This document shows positions 8,416 to 17,034 of a stretch of DNA of 64,000 bases, piece by piece. How positions within the stretch are numbered: position 1 is the stretch's first letter; the number at the start of each line of letters is the position of its first letter. The stretch lies in the IMG/VR virus record IMGVR_UViG_3300009164_000039, one strand, 5' to 3'. Origin of the DNA: a virus. The translations under genes and the position numbers were made by a program. The notes beneath the pieces are model-generated. The model did not search any database, had not been told where the DNA came from, and saw only the letters and a list, made by a program, of their open reading frames with translations.

Positions 8416-9084
8416 TTAGATTGGAATTTCTTCCCAGGTAATGCTCATGACACATAGATAGGTTGTACCAACACCAGAGTAGCAAGGTACCCAACCGTAA
8501 CCTGGAGGAATAACAACATCGCCGCCTAGGTCTTCAAAGTACGGAGTAACTGAACCACTTGCTGATGAAAATGCACCAGAGAAGCTAATATGACTGGTAC
8601 GGAAGATAACCGGTACACTAGAGCCGGTTAGTGTTGCGCCGGCTGCAGAAGCTACATAACGTGCAACAGGTGCTTTACCACCAATTAAGTTATTGTATGC
8701 AGTACCAACAGATGCTGTGAGTGTTGGTAAACCTAATGCCATTACTGTGTGAAACACTGGGCCTGCTGTTGGAGTTCCTGATATAGGAGTGGTGGCAAAC
8801 TTGTTCAGGCAAAGGTTAAAGCCAGAGCCAACTGGATTCCACAGTGCTAGATGTGTTGCACCGGCTGACGCAGGGCCTGTGGTGCTGTTTGCCAGTGCAT
8901 TACCTGCACCTAGTGTGGCAGCAGAAGTGGTCACGCTTAGACTAAAAATACTTCCGCGACTGGTTTGTTCATGATATTGTGCATGCGCCTGTGTGGCAAT
9001 TAGCTCACCGGTGCGACCTTGGCGTAGGTTGGTTTGTGTGCCATCTCCAGCTGTGGTTTGTCCTACTTGTCCTTGTATTAACAT
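8416..9084 (-). CDS. virion decoration / beta-sandwich protein, paralogue A
   Basis: 222 aa, small-residue beta-rich; clear paralogue of 9106-9765. Confidence 0.6.
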   Translation of the reverse strand: MLIQGQVGQTTAGDGTQTNLRQGRTGELIATQAHAQYHEQTSRGSIFSLSVTTSAATLGAGNALANSTTGPASAGATHLALWNPVGSGFNLCLNKFATTPISGTPTAGPVFHTVMALGLPTLTASVGTAYNNLIGGKAPVARYVASAAGATLTGSSVPVIFRTSHISFSGAFSSASGSVTPYFEDLGGDVVIPPGYGWVPCYSGVGTTYLCVMSITWEEIPI

Positions 9085-9105
9085 TGTTGTTTCTCCGGTG
9101 TTAGA

Positions 9106-9765
9106 TTAGATTGGGATTTCTTCCCAGGTCACGCTGTAGCTGTTTAGTACAGAAGTGCCTGCGGCTGAAAACTGTGGAACCCAACCGTAACCTGGAGGAA
9201 TAATCAAGTCGCCATCTGGAAGATCTGCAAGAGTGTTTGCGCCGGCTGGTGCGGCAAATGCGGCTGCACTAAATGTAAGGTTCATTGTACGCAACACCAC
9301 TGGAGCACTTGCACCAGTTAGCGCAGTACCAGCTGCCACAGCAACATAACGTGCTACAGGTGATTTACCACCAACTAGGTTGTTGTATGCAACACCGTTG
9401 GTGCTGACAGTGTTGATAGTTGGATTTGATGTTTGAATAACAGCATGGTACAGCGGGCCTGTTGCCAGTGTGCCAGAAATCAACCCAACCATTACTTTGG
9501 TAATGCTCAAGTTAAAACCAGATCCAATTGGATTCCAGATTGCAAAGTTTGTTGAAGCAGCGGCAGCAGCGTTCAGCAGGTTACCGGCAGCAATACCAGT
9601 GGTGGTTGCTGACAATGTTAGTGTAAACAACTGGCCGCGGCTGGTTTGTTCGTAATAGCGTCCGTGCGCTTGGCTCAGGATGATTTCTCCTGTACGCCCT
9701 TGACGCAGGTTTGTTTGTGTACCGTCTAGTCCGGTTGTTTGTCCTACTTGTCCTTGTATTAACAT
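9106..9765 (-). CDS. virion decoration / beta-sandwich protein, paralogue B
   Basis: 219 aa. Shares MLIQGQVGQTT...NLRQGRTGE, WNPxGSGFNL, IPPGYGWVP and WEEIPI with paralogue A. Confidence 0.6.
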   Translation of the reverse strand: MLIQGQVGQTTGLDGTQTNLRQGRTGEIILSQAHGRYYEQTSRGQLFTLTLSATTTGIAAGNLLNAAAAASTNFAIWNPIGSGFNLSITKVMVGLISGTLATGPLYHAVIQTSNPTINTVSTNGVAYNNLVGGKSPVARYVAVAAGTALTGASAPVVLRTMNLTFSAAAFAAPAGANTLADLPDGDLIIPPGYGWVPQFSAAGTSVLNSYSVTWEEIPI

Positions 9766-9774
9766 GGTTCTTCC

Positions 9775-10227
9775 TTAGTCGTATGTAACATCATTCTGGA
9801 TATCGTTGCGTAACTGATCCAGTTCGTCTTTTATATTTAGCCCTTCTTTGAGCAAAATGCTCTGCACTTTTAGCTCTGCAAGTATCATTGACAGCAGTTC
9901 TGTTTGGTAGGCTAGATTTCCGTTGCGCTCTGCGGCATCGTTGTTTTCCAACGGCTGCAATACTGCGTCTGTTTCGTAGTAGACATTGAGTACATCTGTA
10001 TTGCTCTGAGTAGCTGTGCTGGTGGAAAGAATAACCAGTGAGCCTGCAGAGTTGCTGGCCATTCCTAGCCCAGGTGCACCTGCAATATACAGCGGAACGT
10101 TTTGGGTGATATTGATCACTGCATACAAACGTGTGCGGTCAAATGCTGGAAAAGTGCTAAAATCCAGTGTGCCTGTGCCCGATGCGCCTGGTGTAAAAGC
10201 TGGGTTGTAGTTTAATAGTTGTTTCAT
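9775..10227 (-). CDS. small virion protein sharing its N-terminal domain with the 1334-aa fibre; C-terminal coiled coil
   Basis: FTPGASGTGTLDF...AVINITQNVPLY aligns with FTPGVGGAGTIKF...MITNVTRNTVIY. Confidence 0.6.
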   Translation of the reverse strand: MKQLLNYNPAFTPGASGTGTLDFSTFPAFDRTRLYAVINITQNVPLYIAGAPGLGMASNSAGSLVILSTSTATQSNTDVLNVYYETDAVLQPLENNDAAERNGNLAYQTELLSMILAELKVQSILLKEGLNIKDELDQLRNDIQNDVTYD

Positions 10228-10235
10228 GCTTGTCC

Positions 10236-10469
10236 TTAGAGTGCCAGCTGATAGGTCATCATGGTGACCAGAGTTGGCACTATTTGATTATTTACATAGA
10301 TATTACCAGTCACATTCACATTGGCTGCGGTTACATTTCCTGTGTAGTTTATGCTGGTTACACTGCTGACTGCCGCAGGTCCCCAGGCGTTTTTGGTGCT
10401 GTTGTACACATACACCACACCGTTGATTGTTGTTGTAGATCCGTTTGCGGGGTTAGTGGGCCATGCCAT
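10236..10469 (-). CDS. small fibre-associated protein
   Basis: 77 aa with a WPTNPANG...YVYNSTKNAW module of the kind found in phage fibres. AGGA RBS and CATAAATA upstream. Confidence 0.55.
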   Translation of the reverse strand: MAWPTNPANGSTTTINGVVYVYNSTKNAWGPAAVSSVTSINYTGNVTAANVNVTGNIYVNNQIVPTLVTMMTYQLAL

Positions 10470-10488
10470 GTTTTAGTTTCCTATGTTG

Positions 10489-10496
10489 TATTTATG
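10489..10496 (-). promoter_or_regulatory. late promoter CATAAATA
   Basis: Intergenic NTAAATA motif 19 nt upstream of the ATG at 10469. Confidence 0.65.
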
Positions 10497-10497
10497 G

Positions 10498-12573
10498 TTA
10501 CATTATTCTTGTGGTTACAATAGCACAGCTAGAGCCCGTGACTGTTTGCATATAGATGATCTTATACACACGTTGCAGATCTTGGTCTTGCAAGATTGCT
10601 GTAACCGTATCGCCCCCGCTGCCTAGCGGACCGTTAACACTACCAACAAAAGTAGGAACAGTTGTGACTGCGCCGCCGGTGCTGGTGTTGCCAAAAAACT
10701 TGCCTCCAGTTAGGTTTGTGATCGCACTCCAAAAATAGTTCATAGTACCGCTTACACTACTGAATGCCGGAACACCATTTGCAAACACGCTGGCACTCAC
10801 ATTGTCAATGTTGGCAAAAGTTGTTCCTCTGGCCACATTGTAGCCATTTTTTGCCGCGCCAGTAGAAACGTTGCCCAGTGTCAGATTGGCATTTGTGATA
10901 ACCACATTACCAGCATTATCTATTGATAGGCTTGTGGTAGCGCCGGCACCAGTTGTGCCAACAGTAAAGGTTGATCCGTTTATTGAGAACGGTGCATAAG
11001 CAGACCCTGCACTATTGAGACTGGTAATATTATTTTGCCCAGTGGTGCTGCCAACAGTGAAAGCCCATTGGTCTCCAGAGCCTGACCCTTTCATGGTCAG
11101 TGCGTACTGGTTGCCTGTGCCACTTTGTGTAATTGTTGCCGAAGAAGCCGATAAAGTATTGAGTGTTGTACCACCTGATACTATGAGATTGCTGGTGAAT
11201 ATGTTAGCCCACTGTGCAGTGGTAGTGCCAATGTTATAGATTATATTGCCATATGGTGTGATGTTGCCCACACTCACATTGGATATCAATGCACCAAGCC
11301 CGGCCACTGTGCTCACGCCTGCGGTGCTGTAGTCCACCCAGTAGTTACTAGAACCATCATAAACACGAGTGTAGAGAGTATCAGTAGAAGTGTCGTACCA
11401 TAGATCACCTTGCTTAGGACCAACAGGCACTGTGGCCTGGGTGGCAAAACTGATTGCTACAGGTTGGCTTAATTTGTCAACCCAGTAATAACTGGTACCG
11501 TCTGTGGTCCACTGGTACAAGGTGTCAGTTGATGTGTCATACCATTGATCGCCAATGTAAGGACTGGCAGGAGGTGTTGCGCTCTGTGTGGTATACGAAT
11601 TGACGTAAGTTGGAATGGCAGCACCAATGGTGCTGGTACCGCGATAGGTATTGCCAGACAACAGTATGTTTCCAACTTTGAATGTGCCAAGAGATGTTGA
11701 TGTAAACACGCCACCAACATCTGAGCCTTTGTCCTCCCATACTAGGTACCCAGTGGGATTGTCTCGTCCAAGGAACGCCGCTGAATCCACTGTGTCATAG
11801 TAGTGCAACTTAAGGCCAATGTCTAGTCCGTCATTGGTGACCAATGGTGTTAAGTCAGTGGGACTGTGCAGGTTGATAATACTGTCTTGGATACTCAGAT
11901 CAAAGCTGTTGGTAATAAATGTATTGCCTAGTGTGGTCAAGTTGCCCACAATGACCACGTTGCTGTTGAATGTGGACACGCCGCTAACTGTTAGTCTGCC
12001 AGTGGCAAATAAATTACCTGCAACACCGACACCACCTTTTACTACCAATGCGCCGGTGCTGTCACTTACTGTTGCTGTGGTACCAGCAACTGTTACATTG
12101 CCTGTCACATTGTCATAAACTAGATTGGTAGCACCTGCAATGAAACCTGAGTTGTTGTACTGTACTGATTTGTTTGCACCGCTGACTGTGGACGCAGTGG
12201 TTTGAAAACTTATGCTGGTACTACCCAGTGTGATCGGGTCTGGTGTGACCAATCTGTACTCTGTACCTGCGTAAGTTCCTTCTGCCACAAAGGTACGCAT
12301 GCCTGCTGTAACGTATGCACTGGCACTGGCATCAGTTGCACGAATCCAAGTTCCGTTTGACCCTGTACCTAGTGTTTGTACAATGTAGATACCATTTTGA
12401 CTGCCTGTGCTTTGTGCATTCACAAGAACGCGATCGCCGGATGCAAGCGTAACACTGTCATAGGTACTAGGGGCACCGCCCGATAATGTAATGTTGGTGG
12501 TTGTGACTATGCGGCAACTGGCCTTGTAGTCTGTGTCAACAATATTACTGTATTTTGGTCTGGTTAATCCCAT
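10498..12573 (-). CDS. tail or side fibre protein
   Basis: 691 aa. N-terminal TLASGDRVLVNAQ...QNGIYIV...WIRATD fibre domain, TGALVVKGGVGVAGNL repeat, two GDxWYDTSTDTLY repeats. Confidence 0.75.
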   Translation of the reverse strand: MGLTRPKYSNIVDTDYKASCRIVTTTNITLSGGAPSTYDSVTLASGDRVLVNAQSTGSQNGIYIVQTLGTGSNGTWIRATDASASAYVTAGMRTFVAEGTYAGTEYRLVTPDPITLGSTSISFQTTASTVSGANKSVQYNNSGFIAGATNLVYDNVTGNVTVAGTTATVSDSTGALVVKGGVGVAGNLFATGRLTVSGVSTFNSNVVIVGNLTTLGNTFITNSFDLSIQDSIINLHSPTDLTPLVTNDGLDIGLKLHYYDTVDSAAFLGRDNPTGYLVWEDKGSDVGGVFTSTSLGTFKVGNILLSGNTYRGTSTIGAAIPTYVNSYTTQSATPPASPYIGDQWYDTSTDTLYQWTTDGTSYYWVDKLSQPVAISFATQATVPVGPKQGDLWYDTSTDTLYTRVYDGSSNYWVDYSTAGVSTVAGLGALISNVSVGNITPYGNIIYNIGTTTAQWANIFTSNLIVSGGTTLNTLSASSATITQSGTGNQYALTMKGSGSGDQWAFTVGSTTGQNNITSLNSAGSAYAPFSINGSTFTVGTTGAGATTSLSIDNAGNVVITNANLTLGNVSTGAAKNGYNVARGTTFANIDNVSASVFANGVPAFSSVSGTMNYFWSAITNLTGGKFFGNTSTGGAVTTVPTFVGSVNGPLGSGGDTVTAILQDQDLQRVYKIIYMQTVTGSSCAIVTTRIM

Positions 12574-12594
12574 TGTCTATTCCAAAGTTTAATG

Positions 12595-12602
12595 TATTTA
12601 TG
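12595..12602 (-). promoter_or_regulatory. late promoter CATAAATA
   Basis: Intergenic, 21 nt upstream of the fibre ATG at 12573. Confidence 0.7.
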
Positions 12603-12619
12603 GGCCAGAAGCACATAGC

Positions 12620-12644
12620 AAAAAAGCACCCGAAGGTGCTTTTT
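12620..12644 (-). terminator. intrinsic terminator (potentially bidirectional)
   Basis: AAAAGCACC-TTCG-GGTGCTTTTTT on the minus strand (UUCG loop), with a T-run on both strands. Confidence 0.9.
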
Positions 12645-12663
12645 CGTGGTCTCTGTGGCCGGA

Positions 12664-15600
12664 TTAAGCCTGAGATTCTAGGAACGTTACTTGCAAGTCC
12701 ACCTGCGAGTTAAATGTACCAATTGGCACAATGTTAAACGCAACAACTTCTGGACCATTCGGGAATGTTCCATAGCCTGGAAGAATCGCACCACCAATTT
12801 CCTTAACTTTTGACAAGTCAACAAAACCAGCACTCACACCAGCAATTGGAATACTGAACAACTGTTCACCACCTGTTGCAAACGGTGTGATACGATCTGC
12901 AACACCTTGTGCAGAACGCACGTTACCAAAGATAATGTTTTGGTTAACAGTACCATAACCAGTGTTGGCCACAAACTGTGTGAAGCTTGGCTGGTTAAAT
13001 GTTGTTGGCTGATTCAAACGTCCCCAGTTGGCTGAACGAATGTTCTCTGGGTTCACAATGCCTTGCAACAAGCAACGCATGAATTGACCGCTTAGAGAAA
13101 TATAACAGTTCTGCAACAGCAACTGAGCGCGGTTAATAATGTCCTTCACACCCAGGTCACCTGTTAGACCCGATGTAATACTTGGTGCTAGACGCATCAA
13201 GAACAGTGTGAACGGATCACCTTGAGCAATCTGTTGGTTAACAACCTGGTAGTTGAACTGGTATGTACGATCAACGTCAAAGTCACCGTCTAGAATAACA
13301 GCCGAACCCCAGTGGTTCAAGTCTGGTGCGGATGTCACACTGTACAAAATAACACTTGCGTTCACTGCGTGTGTTGTGGCTGAGCCTGCTGTGAGTGCGC
13401 GGTTGGCACCCAAGATCCAAGGACGGTATGTTGCACCACGAACGCAACCTGTTAGGTTACCAGTGGATGTGTTGATACCTGTAAAGCTGATCAATTCATT
13501 GTCAACTAGCACATAGCCAGGATAGCTGGCGTTGGCATCAGTTGATCCTGGGAAGTCATCCACACTGTACAACTGAATTTCAGTGTCTGTACCGTTAGGG
13601 ATCACAGTCTTCAATTGACCAACTGCACCACGGTTGGTAGCTTGATAACGAGCTGGCAAGTTACCAGAACGCATGTAGCCTTCGTCGTTCACGTTGTTGT
13701 TTTTCAAGCGGTGAGCCCAGATCAATTTACCGTCTGTGGCTCTCATGCCCCAGTCAACAAAGCCTGCGCCGTACCAGGTGTACTGGATGGCAACCATCTG
13801 CATTTTGGTCAGATCCACAATGTATCCTGATGGTCCTGTACCGTCCATGCGGTCCTGGTTGAAGAAGGCCTGGCGTGTGCGTGTTTCACGGATCACGCTG
13901 ATTGCGGCATCTTGAGCGTTGATAGTGCCTTTGAATGCCGGTGTGCAGAAGAATGTGTTTTGATCCTGCACGTTGATCACAGAATAAACCATACCTTTGA
14001 CATAGATGTCATCGCCTGGCTTTAACTGATCTCTAAATCGAGTATTACTGTCACCTGTGACTCTGTTGTCGTCACGAGCAATGTTCACACGACCTGCAAT
14101 GTTGTTGGTAACACTACGTTTCACAGCCCACAAGTACTGTCCATCAAACTCCCAGAACACACCGTTACCTGCGTCAAACATACCGTTACGAATTCTAGCA
14201 CCGTGCCAGTTACGCACAACCACACGTGGAGGTGTTGTTGCGCCTGTGTTGCCCAGGAATACTGGTTGTGTGCTACCCAGTGTGGCAGTCACGTTCACTG
14301 TGAATGTTACAGGACTTGTTACGCCAGCCACACGATAGAAGCTGTTGTATCCTGTGGTGCCCAGGTTGTACAAACTTATGTTGGCACCTGCTTGCACACC
14401 GTGCTCACCATCAGTGGTAATGAAAATAGTTTGACCAACTGCGGTACCAGTTGCGCTAATGTTGGCAATGGTAAACACAGGGTTAAACTGTGTACCTGTT
14501 GTGAACATCATGCCTTTACCAGATTGATAGCGGAAATATTTCTTGGTCTGACGTGCTGTTTCGTAACCGTGTGCTGGAATGTTGGTACCAATGTTTGTAC
14601 CACCATCAAACGGACGGTGACGTACCAAACTAGAACTAAACACTGTGATGTTAGCATTGGTAATCGAGTTAGGTACTGACGCACCGTCTTTGCCCTTGAA
14701 GGTAAAGGTGGTTGTGGTTGGAACTGACTCAACAATAAAAATACCTGAACCGTGTGTGTCGGCGTTGGTACCACCAATCAGTGCTGTTTCAAGCGCAACA
14801 CCTGGCAACAAGCCGTGTGGGTTGATGGTGCTCACAGTGAGTAAACTTGGAGTACCAGCGTTGGATGTGATTGATTTGAAACGAATGTTACCACCGGTGT
14901 AAATACCACCACGGCGGATTTCAGCTGTTTGGTCATTGAAGTTCAGCTGATATCCAATTGGCAAGTTGGGGTTGACTTTTGGATAGTAACCCATGTAGTT
15001 GATATCTTCAAGACGGTTTTTGTACACGCCTTCAATGTTGGCTGAGTTCAAGCCAATTGTGCTCACATAAGCATTGGCGTTGGACACTGTGCCACGTACC
15101 ACGCCGTGAGCGTTGGCATTGATCAGCACTGCTGGGTTGGTTACGTTACCAACCACGGCTGCACCAGTTAGTGTGATAAAGTGACTACCAGATGGTGCAC
15201 TGGAGATTGGGCTGGTACCAAACGCACGACCCAATGGGCTGGTAAATTGTCTTGCAATGGTCTGTGGTGTTGGAACGTTGTTGATCTGTGATGTCTGTGT
15301 CATTTTGACAATTTCAACGTTGGCACTCACGTTACCACGCATGTTCACAACAGAAACAATACTGTTGGTGTTGAACTGCACGTTGGCGTTGGTATTGAAC
15401 CAGCCACGTGTGACGTTCAATGTGCCGGTGGCTGCTTCAACAGAGTCCACACGCATGATTTCAATTGCTGAGTTGGCAAAGTTGGTTGTAACGTTACCAC
15501 TTAGATACATGATCTTGGCGCCAATGGCAATGTGAGCATTACCTGCGTTGGTACCCCACAAGCGACGAGTCACGCCATGAACACCAGCAGATGATGTGTG

Positions 15601-16668
15601 AACACTCATGAGTTCCCAGTTGTAACCAGCTACACCTGCTTGTGTTCCTAGTGTTTCAACTGCAACAACTGAGTTGGCTGTGATAACTGCGTTGGCAGTC
15701 AAGAAGTTATCAAGTGCACCGGTTACCGCAGTGGCAACGGCTGCAAAGCCAACACCGTCCGGAAGACCAGCAACTGCAATAATGTCGCCTGCAAAGAAGC
15801 CAGTGGCATTTGCCACAGTAAAACTACGCTGGTACTGTCCACCGTTGGCCTGTGTGATTGGCGTTGGCAGTGTGATATATGATGTTCCACCAACTTGTAC
15901 GTTTGGTGTACCAGACTGTGGACACAATGCATCGCCTGATAGTCCTTGTGCCACAATCATCTTGTAGTCATTGAGGTGGTGTCGAGGTCCAACATAGGCA
16001 TAGGTAGTACCAGCACCACCGCTCAAACCAGCTGGGCCAGAAATCAAGTAGTCTGTACCTTGATTGGCTGCGTTGATTGTGACAATGGTACTGGCAGTTG
16101 TAACAGTGCCTGGATGGATGTTACCACCAGATGTGGTAGTGTTGGCGCCACTTGTTAAAATTGTGCTGTAACCAAACAAGTTGGCAGTAATTGGCGTACC
16201 AGGAATTTCATAAAAGGTAGGAATATTACGGTACGCACTAACAGATGCCCACTTGGTTGATTGTAGACCATACTCAAAGTCAGCGTCAATCAAGCTACGT
16301 GGAATACCCACCCGTTGACGCTCAACTGCATCAATACCAAAATCATGAGTGCGGATTCTTTGTTCTGCGCTTTCAACAAAGATTTGCAACACATCACCCG
16401 ATGACATGGCAACAGGAGAGTTTGTGTTGTATGTTAAAGTTAGGGTAGTAACACCTTGTTGAGCACCTGGAAATGTAGTGGTATCATTTGCGTTGTATGC
16501 AATGGTTCCACCGCGATTTGGATCCCCAAAGTTGTAAATGACTGTGTTACGAGTCACGTTGGTGATCATTAGGATGTCATGCAACGCATATGGATCCTGG
16601 AATTTGATCGTTCCTGCACCGCCTACACCTGGTGTAAAAACGTAATATTGTATTTTTTTTCTGGCCAT
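12664..16668 (-). CDS. large virion structural / fibre protein
   Basis: 1334 aa, G/T/N-rich beta protein in the late fibre cluster, with internal repeated beta-barrel-like modules. Confidence 0.7.
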   Translation of the reverse strand: MARKKIQYYVFTPGVGGAGTIKFQDPYALHDILMITNVTRNTVIYNFGDPNRGGTIAYNANDTTTFPGAQQGVTTLTLTYNTNSPVAMSSGDVLQIFVESAEQRIRTHDFGIDAVERQRVGIPRSLIDADFEYGLQSTKWASVSAYRNIPTFYEIPGTPITANLFGYSTILTSGANTTTSGGNIHPGTVTTASTIVTINAANQGTDYLISGPAGLSGGAGTTYAYVGPRHHLNDYKMIVAQGLSGDALCPQSGTPNVQVGGTSYITLPTPITQANGGQYQRSFTVANATGFFAGDIIAVAGLPDGVGFAAVATAVTGALDNFLTANAVITANSVVAVETLGTQAGVAGYNWELMSVHTSSAGVHGVTRRLWGTNAGNAHIAIGAKIMYLSGNVTTNFANSAIEIMRVDSVEAATGTLNVTRGWFNTNANVQFNTNSIVSVVNMRGNVSANVEIVKMTQTSQINNVPTPQTIARQFTSPLGRAFGTSPISSAPSGSHFITLTGAAVVGNVTNPAVLINANAHGVVRGTVSNANAYVSTIGLNSANIEGVYKNRLEDINYMGYYPKVNPNLPIGYQLNFNDQTAEIRRGGIYTGGNIRFKSITSNAGTPSLLTVSTINPHGLLPGVALETALIGGTNADTHGSGIFIVESVPTTTTFTFKGKDGASVPNSITNANITVFSSSLVRHRPFDGGTNIGTNIPAHGYETARQTKKYFRYQSGKGMMFTTGTQFNPVFTIANISATGTAVGQTIFITTDGEHGVQAGANISLYNLGTTGYNSFYRVAGVTSPVTFTVNVTATLGSTQPVFLGNTGATTPPRVVVRNWHGARIRNGMFDAGNGVFWEFDGQYLWAVKRSVTNNIAGRVNIARDDNRVTGDSNTRFRDQLKPGDDIYVKGMVYSVINVQDQNTFFCTPAFKGTINAQDAAISVIRETRTRQAFFNQDRMDGTGPSGYIVDLTKMQMVAIQYTWYGAGFVDWGMRATDGKLIWAHRLKNNNVNDEGYMRSGNLPARYQATNRGAVGQLKTVIPNGTDTEIQLYSVDDFPGSTDANASYPGYVLVDNELISFTGINTSTGNLTGCVRGATYRPWILGANRALTAGSATTHAVNASVILYSVTSAPDLNHWGSAVILDGDFDVDRTYQFNYQVVNQQIAQGDPFTLFLMRLAPSITSGLTGDLGVKDIINRAQLLLQNCYISLSGQFMRCLLQGIVNPENIRSANWGRLNQPTTFNQPSFTQFVANTGYGTVNQNIIFGNVRSAQGVADRITPFATGGEQLFSIPIAGVSAGFVDLSKVKEIGGAILPGYGTFPNGPEVVAFNIVPIGTFNSQVDLQVTFLESQA

Positions 16669-16697
16669 GTCGGTCTACCTTTATCCTTTAATATCTT

Positions 16698-16705
16698 TAT
16701 TTATG
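16698..16705 (-). promoter_or_regulatory. late promoter CATAAATA
   Basis: Overlaps the stop codon of the upstream gene; 29 nt before the ATG at 16668. Confidence 0.65.
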
Positions 16706-17003
16706 AACCAAACACCACAGTCATAACATCTATGTACTGTTTTGGTTGTACTGTGTCTGCCGCAGTGCTTAGTGTTGCTGTTTGGGACAGCGTGATATTG
16801 CCCCCAACTGTCATGTTATCATATCCAACGGCAGAACTACCAAAACTTACGTTTCCAGTGGTGATGATGTCTCCGTTTCCTGCAAACATCTTGATCGAGC
16901 CCATGGTCACGTTGCCCGTTGTTGTCAAGTCGCCTGCTGTTGCAGTAACGCTCAATGCACCTACTGTGAGTCCTTGGTCAATTACAAAATTGCTATTTGC
17001 CAT
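16701..17003 (-). CDS. small fibre-like structural protein
   Basis: 100 aa with TTGNVT repeats. AATAAATA promoter at 17031-17024. Confidence 0.6.
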   Translation of the reverse strand: MANSNFVIDQGLTVGALSVTATAGDLTTTGNVTMGSIKMFAGNGDIITTGNVSFGSSAVGYDNMTVGGNITLSQTATLSTAADTVQPKQYIDVMTVVFGS

Positions 17004-17034
17004 ATTTGTGTTCCATTATTTGTTATTTATTCAA

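Larger units (their letters stand above)
8416..9765. repeat. tandem gene duplication with three near-identical DNA patches
   Basis: 28/28 identical at 9057-9084 vs 9738-9765; 25/25 at 8489-8513 vs 9179-9203; 23/24 at 8416-8439 vs 9106-9129. Confidence 0.9.

Noticed and set aside
8416-9765. Diversity-generating retroelement template/variable repeat pair
   Set aside because: Both copies are intact genes, the differences are not adenine-specific, and there is no reverse transcriptase in the window.
16653-16660. A8 tract at codons 3-5 of the 1334-aa fibre as a phase-variation or slippage site
   Set aside because: Short and explained by Arg-Lys-Lys-Ile codons; no alternative-frame product of interest identified.
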